64,000 bases of DNA from Epithemia pelagica (lineage: Eukaryota > Protista > Bacillariophyta). The stretch is from assembly GCA_946965045.2 (NCBI GenBank), contig OX337228.1, positions 2,790,001-2,854,000 on the forward strand, given 5' to 3'. Within the stretch, counting starts at the first letter, position 1. Every line of letters begins with the position of its first letter. The notes under the pieces are model-generated. The model saw only the letters and a program-made list of their open reading frames with translations. It ran no database searches and was not told the origin of the DNA. Below are positions 9,976 to 21,985 of the stretch, one piece after another. The position numbers and the translations under genes were made by a program.

Positions 9976-12900
9976 ATGGACGAACCAGACGACGATGACC
10001 TCATCAATGATTATATCGATGACCTTGATGAGCCATATGAATCGCCGGAGGCCATGGATGAGGCATATTTCGAAGAGGCAATGCGGATGATGCCTGTCGA
10101 CTCGGCTACAGGTGGAGTAGGCCAAAACAACAACCGTGAGGAGAACAGCGACATTCAGCCTCCGACGCCCTCTCTAATAAACCATCACACAGAATTCGGA
10201 ATTGGTGATGACCCTCGTGAGGATAACCAAGTGCACGAAGCTCTCCAAACAACAGAAGAAGACATCCACCACGCAATTGAAACAAATCAAAAAGCAAGGG
10301 AAAGGGAACTCTACACGTTTGATCGGTAAGCGTTCATGTCGTTGTCCATTTGGCTTCATCTTTGAGGGTAGGTTCTCACCATAACGTGGGCTTTTGGTTC
10401 CTGTAGATACACTCGTGAAACCACATGGCGAAAACACCTTCCGGGCTCGCCGCGCTCCATGAAGACCAACGAATGGACAGTCTCAAAGAAAACATATCAT
10501 GATCGACAACCAAACGTCGGAAGGACAGATATCCGCTCGGCACCGGACTCACAGCTCCTACACCTGATTTCCTGGCACCGCAACCCAGAATTTAGCCGTC
10601 GCAGTCCTACTTCCAAAGACGACAAGTCGCAGAAAGAGCGTTCCTGGTCGTCTCCAGCTTTGTCCTCACGGCCAATCCCGGGTCGACAATCTTACCCAGT
10701 AACAATGGGCGATGGGACTTGTGTATTTTTCAATGGGTATGCTATGGAGGAAAACGTTCCAATTTCCGCCAAACGACCTGGTCCTTCTACGACTTCTTCG
10801 TTCATAACGGAACTCTTGCGTCGGGTCGAAGCGTCAAAGCGTAGACGAGAACACGTGAAAAGTAAGAGAAATGGATTGGAAAGCAAGGTGACGGAGAGAG
10901 CCCGCTCCGCAAGTATAAAAGGTGATCACCGGCTCTGGGTCGACAAGCATGCGCCAAGATCCTTTTCGCACTTGCTCTCCGATGAACGTACCAATCGTGA
11001 AGTGGTGCGAGCCCTTCGTGCATGGGATCCCTATGTCTTTCACCAAGATCCACCTCCTCGCCCGGCATCGGTACAAGAGTACAATCAACAACATCAAAAG
11101 GACGAGAAGCCTGTCGTTAACCGACCGACCGTCTCCAAATCGACAGACAAAAAGGAAGATTGCAAGCAACAGGACCAACGACCGGATGAGTCCAATCGAG
11201 TAATTTTGCTAAGTGGTAATCCAGGGGTTGGAAAATCTACTCTTGCGGCCATTGCAGCTCGACATTGTGGATATCGGCCTTTGGAGATCAATGGATCCGA
11301 TGAACGATCCGCATCGGTTCTCGAAGAACGAGTGCTACGTACCATGGAGTCTCAAACTCTTAACTTTTCCAACAACAGCGACTCGACGCGGCCCACATGC
11401 CTCATTTTGGATGAGATTGACGGAGCCGACGCCTGTGGCGCAATCAAGACGTTGGTAGAGATTATCCGAGCGGACATACCCAAGAAAGGGTGCAAGAAGT
11501 CTTCGCGGTACTTGCGGAGACCCATCATTTTCATTTGTAACAACAAGTTTGTTCCAGCATTGCGTCCGCTTTTACCATTCTGCAAGCAGTTCAATGTCGC
11601 ACCACCAGTCCCATCCAGACTGGTCTCTCGACTTCGTACTGTTCTCGCCTTGGAGGGAATGGCTGCGTCGGCCGGGGGGTCTTTGTTGCATCAACTTGTC
11701 ACTGACTCCAGTGGAGATATTCGATCATGCCTTTTCACTCTTCAGTTTGCATCTACAAAAGCCAAAGAGACAAGTATGATCAAGAGCAGGAATGTACTAG
11801 GAACCTCTTCGGTTGTGGACGTATCCGACACACTCGCGGCTTCGCTCCGAGGCGATGGTCTAAAAGATTCTAGAAACGACGTGGCCGGGACGACTGCATC
11901 CGTTTTCCTCAAGGAAAAACAGAAAAACATTCCCGGAGGATTTGCATTGAGAAAACCGAGAAAAATGCTATCGTCCGACAATATTATGGAACTAGTTCAA
12001 GGTTCTGGAGAGAGCTCGCGGATCATAGACAGTTTGTTTATCAACGTTCCTCGGATCTCCACCATTGACCCCACATTTGACCGATGTGCAGGGGCCTTGG
12101 AGCTTCTCTCAAGTATTGACCTTCTTCGATCGCACACAACTCATGCGTCACAAAACAATGCTTCGGAGGTCATGTCGATGCAGACCAAGTATCTTCCATG
12201 CGGGGCGGCCGCTGTACACGTTCTTTGTCGTGTAGAGAAACGTCAAGATCTGGTATTTACAACAAGAGAACTTGCGGATAACCGGTTCAACATGGAAACG
12301 AATCGAGCACTTACTCACCAGTTTGTTGAGTCCCTCGCATTGCAGTCTCGCACACTCCGTTCTGCCGACCTAGTTGCTGTTGAGACAAGCCCTTACGTGC
12401 TTTGGATTTTGTCGGCAGGTGACGGAAGTGGTTCCCTGGATTGTATCGCTTCGTCCATGAATCTCCTGAGTCCACGTGTACAAATCTCTTTTGAAAACCA
12501 TGTTTCCGCGTTGCGATCTCTTGGGCTGACGTACGTTAAGGCCCATAAGGACCAAAGTACTCATGACAGCTGGTCGAAGTATAGCAACAACCCAACTAAA
12601 ATGATTCTTGAACCAGCTCTGGACCGTTTTGTGCACTTCCAACACATTGTTGGGGACCAACGACGTCCCCTTCCCGAAGCAGTAAGTACTAAAACATCCG
12701 CCGCTCTTGTGTTGTCATATCATGTGCTCAAAGGTTTTCTTCACATTGCAGATGAAAGGATTGCTCGCACATCATGCGGTCCAAGAAAGAATCATGGCCC
12801 GCTCAAACGGCAAGCATGATGCGGAGAAAGAAAATATATCCACAGCGGATACCAACAGACAAATGTTGAAGCCTGCTAATTTCAGTACACCGCGTGCGTC

Positions 12901-13228
12901 TCTGTTGAATGGAATGAAGGAAGTAGTTGAACAAAAAACGCTGGTCCAGAAGCGGCCGGTGGACACCCAAACCGACCATGGGAAGATGCATAAGCGTCCC
13001 AAAACAAGTAATGTGTCTGCATCCAACTTTCTTCTCACTCAAGCCAAACGTTCTAAGGCGGCCAAATCTGCCCAAAAACGAGCACGTGCAGGAGTGGATC
13101 GTGTCACCAAAAATCAAGTGTCTTATTCCGGCAGCGGCGTTCCTCTGAAGCAAGTCCTGCGGCTTCGCTATGTCAAAGGTTTCACGCAAGCAGTGCGGGT
13201 TCCTTGTCAGGCCGAAGATATTTTGTGA
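9976..13228 (+). CDS. CTF18: Chromosome transmission fidelity factor 18 (RFC-like clamp loader large subunit), 3 exons
   Basis: LWVDKHAPRSFSHLLSDERTNREV, Walker A GNPGVGKST, EINGSDER, LILDEIDG; C-terminal YVKGFTQAVRVP; introns 10326-10406 and 12682-12751. Confidence 0.92.
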
Positions 13229-14214
13229 GTAGTAGTTCGCCGTGATGCGGGAACTTGCTGGAAGATATTCGGTTCTTTCTCTGTTTCTGGGGAATTATCT
13301 GGCAGAACAATGCTGAAGCGATTTCGGTACTTTTTTCCTTCTCGTATTCGCTGTACGACGGCCCACTTCGTCGGCACTCGTTTCGGTTTGGTACTTGGTT
13401 TGTTGTCGGTTTTCTGGCAGATAAAGAAGGCAATCTTTGGGGATTCTTTTGTTTCAATTACTTGTAGATCACAATACCCCAGCATTTGCGTAAACATCGT
13501 TTCGTCGATATAGGGCGAAAGATTCAAGCATGTACGTGGTATGGTCAAGAAAACCAAACCTCCTGGAAGAACGAAACGGGACAGGCGCAGAAGCATTTGA
13601 CCGCGTTTTTCGGGTGTTGTAACGCAGTTAAGCACCATGGAACACACAATTACATCATAGAGGGTTTCGGGCACAGGAATCATTAAAAAGTCGTTCTCCT
13701 CTATTCGTGGATCCATTGAGTTTATATCAATCGCTCGAACATCAAGGTTATTGTGTCTATTGTTCGATGCATCTAAAAGTTCCGTGTTGATCGCTCCCAC
13801 TTCCATCGTTCGAGTAGGTCGTCTTCGTTTCTTTGCAGCTGTCTGTTTGATCCTATCTGGCGATTGTTTCTTTTCGTCCTCTAGATTGTCCAAGGATATA
13901 CCATGGATCCATCCATTGCGCGACAGATACCCCAGTACCCACTTGGTTGTTGAGAAGAAGGCCGTGCTTGTTTGGCTGGCTCGTTGATATTCTTCTCGTC
14001 CACCCATTTTACGAATCATTTCATCGTAATGGGCCACTCCAGCATCATCATGAGAGCGCTCTGCCGCATCTCGAAGAGAAGTCAGTCGATGAAATTCGGT
14101 GGTCAATCTACGTGCTTGCTTTCTCGACGGATGCTTTGGTGGGCGTATCAATGGTCGAAAAGCCTTCTTCTTGGACTTCTTTGAATTGCTTTTCATGGAG
14201 CTCGAGGGCGTCAT
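13207..14214 (-). CDS. BMT2: 25S rRNA adenine-N1 methyltransferase Bmt2-like
   Basis: MGGREEYQRASQ, EVGAIN, RAIDI, YDVIVCSMVLNCVTTPEKRGQML motifs. Confidence 0.8.
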   Translation of the reverse strand: MTPSSSMKSNSKKSKKKAFRPLIRPPKHPSRKQARRLTTEFHRLTSLRDAAERSHDDAGVAHYDEMIRKMGGREEYQRASQTSTAFFSTTKWVLGYLSRNGWIHGISLDNLEDEKKQSPDRIKQTAAKKRRRPTRTMEVGAINTELLDASNNRHNNLDVRAIDINSMDPRIEENDFLMIPVPETLYDVIVCSMVLNCVTTPEKRGQMLLRLSRFVLPGGLVFLTIPRTCLNLSPYIDETMFTQMLGYCDLQVIETKESPKIAFFICQKTDNKPSTKPKRVPTKWAVVQRIREGKKYRNRFSIVLPDNSPETEKEPNIFQQVPASRRTTTHKISSA

Positions 14215-15004
14215 GGTCGTGAATGAATGAATGTGATGGGCCGCCGGCGAAAATTGGACGCTTTTAGTGCGATCGACTAATTGGGTCGCAGATTAGCTAT
14301 CTCTATCTCTGCACTTTCTAAAAACAGGAAAATGGCCAGCTGGCCACCACATAACTGCATTCCAATCACTTTCTTGAGCAACGGAACAAATCCGGTGACG
14401 TGGGTTGATATGTTTCTGAAGTTATTAACAATTTGTGGAGGAAGGACAGAATAATCGTAACTAAGACAGTCCAATGACAGTTTCTGCGTGTCCTTACTTA
14501 AGTCTTGTCACTCAGCCGAAAGTGACGTCTGGCATGTGTTTCCCAAGTTAAATGCAGCTGCCTTTGAACTATGAACCAAAGAGTACGGCATCTTGCTCGA
14601 CTTCAAAGTTCAAAAGCACACAAGCGCAAAAGCAATCGAGAACGCAACACGAGAAGCAGAGAGAGGAAAGAGACAAAAGCATAACAGTTTACTGAAACCA
14701 TTGCGACTTTGGCAAAGCAGTAGGTAAGAACAGAGAGATCAATGTAGATGATGGCCTTTGTGTGATGGTTGGACAATATTAGTTGAATGAGCATTAATTG
14801 ATTGACACACTTGTTTGGGCATGCAGTCCCATCAGCAGCAGCAGAGTGGGTAGTGCATGGTACTCTCTGCTGTATACTCGTTGTTTCTGGTAAAACCTAC
14901 GTGTTGAAATAGACACGTCACATCTGGCACCACTCGAGTACGGCTCTAACATTAACCATTGTTGTCGAAAGGTTCTTGCTGCAATTGACAAGCACCATTG
15001 CGAT

Positions 15005-16759
15005 ATGCCATCCGAACCTAGCAAAGACCCGGGAAAGCAAGTAATCACGGAGGATGGAGTGATACCGCTTCATCTTCTCAAGAACTTGAGGAAAGGTGGG
15101 GCGGAAAGTGGAAGTTCGAATGGGGAGAACAACTCCGATAATTCGGCGTTGGTCAGCATCGGAAATACGTCCTTTGGATTCAATTTCGATTCGGAAGAAC
15201 ACACCCCGAACAACTCGGATCGTGATAGGAACGAAAATTCGGAGGATTCAGATGATCAACAACGCGGGGATAAGAAAGTGCCGGCTGCTGCACCAAGTGC
15301 TGCACCGTTGCCTCCACAACAACCATCGCCGCAAGTTCCATCGGTCACAGCGAGTAACAATGCAGTGAATGCCACTGATTTACTGGCCAGTTCCACGGCG
15401 GTGGCCAGCACACAGCCGGTTGTTCCGCCTCCACAGAATCCACAACCTGAACTATCAACCCAACCGGTGACTTCCCACAACGCTGCGGCTGCAGATGCTG
15501 TGGCGAATCTTCAACTGATAGCGACGAATACTGTACCACAGCCTGCAGAAGTCTCATCTACCCTACCCGAGGCAGACTTTAGTGAAAGCAATCAAATGGT
15601 TGCCCCGCCCCCTAACCTTAAACAGCAAAAAAGAAAAGCAGATGAAGGAGATAGCAGTGCCGGCTATCACACGGACGATGAGGGGAGATCTGTGACATTG
15701 GCCACTTCGTCTAATCTGTCTGTTCCGGGGAATGATGAAAAAGGCAGAGGAAAGAAGAAAAAGAGACTGGATGAAAGAAAAAGAGAGGAACGTAATCTTC
15801 GCGAAAAGGAGCGCAGTTTAAGAATATCCAAACAAATAAACGAACTTCGGGATCTCCTGAGCAGCGGAGGTGTGATTGTACCGAAAGGAACGAAGTCCTC
15901 CGTGTTGACGGAGGCTGCAAATTACATTCGCATGCTCCAACAACACCAGTACCGCTCTGAACTGTAAGAACCTCCAATGATTCTCTGCTTGCAATCTCGC
16001 TTGGTTCTCACCCTGTCTTTTCTTATATTGTAAAGTGATCGACATCAGTTGATTCAGCAGATGCAAATGATTGGCAATGGTGCTCATGGAGCTCAAGCTG
16101 CACGGGCTGTCAGACATGTTGCTGCTCAAAATGGCGTCTGGTCGTTGGGCAATTTTGGCGGAGTCCCTCCGAATTCCGCTTTGTCCTTGGGTCAGTCAAC
16201 AACGGAATCATCGACCTCTGACGAACAAACTTCGTCTGATTCCACGACGCATCCGAACAAGATTGAAAGCTTTGAGTACAAATTCGTATTTAATTCATGT
16301 GGTGTTGGAATTGCGATAGCATCTTTGGGAGGGGCCTTCATGGATTGCAATCAGTTGTTTTGTCAGCTTTCTAACTACTCGAAGCAAGAAGTATGTGGCC
16401 TGACGATCTTCAACATGACAGCAAGACAAGATCTGCAACATGCTTTCGATCTGATTAGTCAGATGATATCGCCACCGATGGAGTCGAGAAACCATGATCC
16501 TAAGCCGATTGTTCTCCGAGGATCAATGAAGAATCGTACTGACATTGGGTTATGCATATCCTTAGTAAGGGGAGAGGACGGAATCTCTCGTTGTTTCTGT
16601 GTCATTCTTATCAAGAACCCGTCCTCGCCATTTGATACCACCAAGCCAATACCTGTTTCGTTTGACGCAATCCAGGCGCCAATAAATGCAGCAGCCGTCG
16701 CGCAAGCGTCCAAAACCGAAGCGGATATTTCAGGGGCACCGGCGTTCACTCTTGGATGA
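15005..16759 (+). CDS. bHLH-PAS transcription factor (diatom bHLH1a/RITMO1- or bHLH1b-like), 2 exons
   Basis: bHLH REERNLREKERSLRISKQINELRDLL..KSSVLTEAANYIRMLQ; intron 15964-16035; PAS-like FNSCGVGIAIASLGGAFMDCNQLFCQLSNY. Confidence 0.85.
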
Positions 16760-16821
16760 ATTATGGAATTTTCCTTAGTGTATAAGACGCATGCTGTGAT
16801 ACTAGTTGACGAATTAACAGT

Positions 16822-18119
16822 TCATTGCTGCATTAACTTACAAAAATGTATAGCACGTGAACATTTGTGTAGTGTTGTCAAAAGGGTTGCAAGTTCTACT
16901 CGGTGGATTAGTTTTGGGTCCTTTCCTTCTCCTTTATTTCCAACCAGAAGTTGGAACGCCGTCGAAAGACCCATTGTACAAATCTTTCCATGGAGTCGAC
17001 ACTTATTGCATTGGACACAGTTCATTATCCTGGTTAATTCTCGCGCTCGCATTCGAGCCTCCCAAAGACCACTCACAGATTCCAAGGCATGATTTTGTAG
17101 TTTTTTGGCAGCAATTCCAATGTCGCTGTTCTCGAATAATTTGCACTCCAAAAGAGCGCGGAGGTCATCGACAACCGTTGCTTCAATACGTCCATTGTTG
17201 CAATCTTGAAGAATACGATCGCTAGATTTCGATACAGCTGTCAACAACAACATAAAGAGAAAGTACAAGTTCTCCATCGCCAGTGGGACCTCTCCCCCTG
17301 TACCAAGTCTGCGATCAAACTCTACCTTTGGATCCGTCCAAAGTTCACTCTCATCAAAAGATTCGCCGTTGTCGACCTTGTCCTGTATACCACGAATAAC
17401 TTGAGCGGAGATCATGGAATGCAAACCAGACACGGCCTTGTTGAAATCGGCTTTCCAGTGATCGTCGCTGTACTGGTAGCCCTCGAAACAAATTCTATCG
17501 TGAATAAAATTCCATACCTCCGATCCATCATATCCAGTGTAGCCTTCTGGATATTCCTGAATATCGTAGTAATCGTCGGTCGGCATATCCCATCGGGCCC
17601 ACCCATCCAATTCAAACTCCGATTCGTCTCGATCGACTTCACGAATGTTTGCTGGGATCTTGAATATACATACTCAATGAGATTTCGCATACCACATGGT
17701 AATACCTAGGAAAGAGTTTCATATCTTACCTTTTCTTCGTCAATAGGAAGGATTTCGCATCCTTCCGTGTAACATTCAAACAACTCTTGTGGGATATACT
17801 CGCAACTGGCTAATATATCCACACTAAAAAATCGGAAATAGGGAGCTTCCCGCATTGCTTCTAAACAGTTGAATACTTCCTCATTGTTTGTGTCGATTGC
17901 ATCAATGCCAGGAAGGAGTTCTTCATTGGATGATATTGCCGAAGCACTGCTTTGGAGTGCCACACGAGGGAATGTGATTGTGCGAACGGAACTATGACCT
18001 TTACCAAATGTTATCGTTTCTCCCCGCAGCGATCTTACCGGAGTCCATGATGCAATGGGAGAAAATGGCAGGGCTTGTTCCAGTAACGACAAATAGACCA
18101 ATGCCCTTGTCATTCTCAT
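16822..18119 (-). CDS. ERO1: ERO1-like FAD-dependent sulfhydryl oxidase, 2 exons
   Basis: PYFRFFSVD..SC, outer Cx4C (CYTEGC), inner CxxCxxC (MNCVQCNKCRLHGK); intron 17659-17729; start codon uncertain (18113/18119/18173). Confidence 0.8.
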
Positions 18120-18702
18120 GGGCGGACCACTCGTGATGGAACGATCGATCGGCCAAAGATACGCCATTGGCATGCGAATCCCAAGCACTCTTTGGGAGGC
18201 AATGAGCGAACCGATCAAGTGGTAACGGATGTAGATCAGTACGGTATTCCTTTGGCTTTGTTTCTGGAATATAAACTGTTTGATCTTCCGTTCTCTCAAC
18301 TCTCAAGTATGACTCTCACCCAAGGATCCACATCGGGGAGGTGTTGGTGATCGTTGATGTTGCAACTTGCAATTGATGGCTGAACGCCTCAGAGAGATTA
18401 GGTCCCTTCTCCAAATAGTTTATTGATAATATCTATATCATTGGATCACTGGGGAGTATCTTTGCCGAAGAACGGCAGATTTTGAACCGCAACTCCGACA
18501 CAGCACAGACACATCAACGGCCTGATTCCAGCTGGCAGAGAGACGCGCAGGCAGATTCGATCTTCGCCCTCCTTCTCGTTTTCTGCCGCCAAGACCTGCC
18601 GAGATTCCGATTTGAGCAGATCACATTATATTTCTGTTCGACGCGTCACGACACTGGTCTTTACAAGCAACAAAGATCCAGATATTGCTGGATTGTAAAA
18701 CC

Positions 18703-20792
18703 ATGGCGCTGTCCTCAAAGATGGCTCAAGTAGTGCGTTCCGCCATTCTCGTTTTGATTTGGATATCCAACGTACCTCCTTGTACTTCGTTTTCTCGGCA
18801 GACGACGACGAATCATCACTGTTGGACCAACGTTGGGCCGTGTCACCATCGTCATCATCTCACTTGCCATCCCGTTTGCTACCAACGTAGCAAGGAGAGT
18901 GGCATCTCAGCTACCAGGTTTGCAGAGCAAGGAAGCTTCCTTTCTTCTTTGGGTCGTCGCCGTCATGGACATTCAAGGTCCTCGTTGATTCAGTTTGCCG
19001 ATGCGTTGGGGGAAGATGCCGACATGACAAAGAACAAGGGTGTCTTGTCTCGTCTTCAACAAGCCATTCCACCAGCCAACGAGCGCCAAAAACTCATTCC
19101 TCTCGCATTGATGTTCTTTTGTATTTTATTCAACTACACGATTCTACGTGATACCAAAGATGTCCTCATGGTAAATCTACTGAGGACCGACATGCCATCC
19201 TGCTTGTACGTCCAACTCTCTCACAACAACTCATTTCCCATTGACAATCTTTGACAGGTGACGGCTCCTAAATCGGGCGCAGAAGTGATTCCCTTTATCA
19301 AAACTTATGTGAACCTTCCAGTTGCCATTGTAGGTTGACCTCCTTGTTTGTGTCTGGCGTATATGTTTCGCTCAAAATATTATCCTTCTCATTTGGAAAT
19401 TTTGTCGCTTGGAGAACAGGGCTTCACCGGAGTCTATGCCAAAATGACCGATTCCATGGAGCTGAAAAACGTTTTCTATGCCTGCGTTATTCCTTTTCTT
19501 TTCTTCTTTTCCAGCTTTGCCTTGTTCATCTACCCAAATCGGGCCTTTTTACATCCGCATGGTCTGATTGATGCCATGGCTTCTCACCTTCCAGCAAACT
19601 TTGCTGCTCCATTGGCCATTATTCGCAATTGGTCTTTTGCTTTGTTCTATGTCATGGCCGAAATGTGGGGCTCCGTCGTGGCATCCCTCCTCTTTTGGGG
19701 TCTTGCCAACGAAGTCACGACTGTGGACGAGGCAAAAAAGTACTATCCTCTGTTTGGACTGGGTGCCAACATTGCACTGATCTTTTCGGGTCAGTATGTC
19801 AAGTTTGTATCCAGGATGAGGGCAAACCTTGCGCCTGGAGTGGACGCGTGGGCCGTTTCACTCAATTATTTGATGGGTGCTGTGCTCGCTTCGGGTGGTG
19901 TTCTTCTCGCAGCGTAAGTGCAATCCACTCTCTTCCAGGAGAGAAAGCCATGCTGTTCCCTTCCACCCGGTTCTGTCTCACATCAACCTGCAGTTATAAA
20001 TTCATTCAAGATAAGATTGTTTCCAAAAATGAAGAAATGGCAAACTTAAAGAAGTACCCGACTAAGAAGAAACCCAAGATGACACTGGCCGAGTCTGCTA
20101 AATTTCTCCTTAGCAGCTCTTACATCCGAAATCTGGCGGTCCTGGTCATTTCCTATGGAATGTGTATCAATATCGTTGAAGTTTCATGGAAGGCCAAACT
20201 GAAGCAGGCCTTCCCTGACCCTAACTCATATTCCGCCTTTATGGGGAATTTCTCCTCAGCCACTGGGGTCGTCACCTTTATCATGATGCTGCTGGGACGT
20301 TCCACATTTCAAAGGTTTGGGTGGCGAACAGCCGCCCTTGTAACGCCTACAATGATTGGAGTGACAGGGCTTGGTTTCTTTGCAACCAACGTCTTCTCGG
20401 AATCCATGTCGCCGATTGCGGCCGTGCTTGGAACAACTCCACTCATGCTCGGTGTCCTGTTGGGGGCAGCACAAAACATTCTAAGCAAATCCTCCAAATA
20501 TTCCTTGTTCGACCCATGTAAGGAGATGGCCTACATTCCTCTCGACAAAGAGTCCAAGACCAAGGGCAAGGCTGCCATCGACGTGATCGGCAATCCGTTA
20601 GGGAAGTCAGGTGGTGCTTTGATACAGCAAATTCTCATATTTGGAGTGGGCAATTTAGTGGCAGCCACGCCCTACCTAGCCGGCATTCTTTCGGTCCTAG
20701 TACTGCTATGGTTCCGAGCAGCTAACACGCTGGCAGGACAATTCGAAGATGCCATGTCGAACGACGAATCATCGAGTCCAGCGGCGCCATAG
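18703..20792 (+). CDS. NTT: Plastid nucleotide (ATP/ADP, TLC family) transporter, multi-exon
   Basis: MFFCILFNYTILRDTKD, GAEVIPFIKTYVNLP, AEMWGSVV, KYSLFDPCKEMAYIPLD, KGKAAIDVIGNPLGKSGG; bipartite presequence (signal then F). Confidence 0.92.
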
Positions 20793-20828
20793 AATATGAG
20801 TTGTAGAGAAGCAGTTGGAATATTGTCT

Positions 20829-21607
20829 TTAAGGTTCTGTCTTCCAATCATCCGTTTCCCAAACAGGATGGTTGAGCAGACTCTTCAAGAGAGACGTCCC
20901 TCTGAGTGCACTCGTCAAAGGCAAGTGTCCCTCAGGGGCCTTTTTCACGTCGTAAATAAACTCGGAAGCTCCAAACCAGCGCTTCTTGCGCTCCACTTCA
21001 CCATCCTTGGTATTCCAACCAATCTTTCTACAAAATGCCTCAAAGTCACCCTTGACTTGTCTCCATTTTCGTTTCTGTACAGAGTAGCCAAACTTTCCCC
21101 CACTGAATTGAGTCCACAGCCTCTCAATGGTTGCAAGGTCAGTATTTGGGATATTTTTAACATCTGTAAAATAGACAAAGTCACGACCTTTCGCTTTAGC
21201 GCCCGAAATTTCAATCAAAGCATCACGAGTGAACTGCAGGAAAAAAGAGAGCCGAATAACAAATAATAATGATAAGGACAACCTGAATTCAATCATGTCG
21301 AAGCAAGACGTCGGCTCGGATAAAATACCTGATCGGCTTCAGCGAGTTGTCCCGTGGCGAGCATGGTTGCAAGGGGAACGTAGTCCATACCGCATTCTGA
21401 AGGAAGATTTGTTGGAATATCTTCACTGACAGAAGCGGTCGACGCCGCGTCGGTCGTCGTCTCCGCCGCCGACGATTCTTCGGCAACTGCCGATCGCAGA
21501 ACCACCGACCCAAATTGCCGATGGTCCACCGGACACAGAGTAAATGCAATTGCTGGGTTACCACCAAAGGCAACAAGGAGGGCAAATACAGTTGCAAACT
21601 TCATCAT
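20829..21607 (-). CDS. GUN4: GUN4 porphyrin-binding Mg-chelatase cofactor, 2 exons
   Basis: DYVPLATMLATGQLAEADQ|FTRDALI, LWTQFSGGKFGYSVQK, PEGHLPLT; signal peptide ending AIA-F; intron 21234-21328. Confidence 0.9.
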
Positions 21608-21985
21608 CTTGTTTCCGATTTCTCGTAGCTGTAGATTCGTCGAAATGTTTGATTCTGTTTCGATTGCCTTTCCTTGCCATCCATGTACTTCAATCAAGAT
21701 CTAATGACGTCAATTGGCCTGTTCCACCGTGGAGGAAAAATGATGGACAAAATATGAGCGACCTTAGAGCGTCTGATAAGCCGTACCAATCTTCTCGCCG
21801 GACTCCGCGCGTCCATCCGAGCTGGATGTCGCATTGGATAGTGTCTAACGGGTCTGCCGATCGCAGAAAAACCACTCCGACACCGATGAGACGTGACTCC
21901 GTTTATGCTTTAGCGAGATTCCTCTCCCGCGCGGCGGCACAAACTGTTGGGCACGGCTTGGACACAACTTGAGACCCTAGCGACC

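Noticed and set aside
16822-21607. Run of putatively plastid-targeted genes (ERO1-like, NTT, GUN4) as a functional cluster
   Set aside because: Plastid-targeted genes are frequent in diatoms, orientations are mixed and no shared pathway is evident
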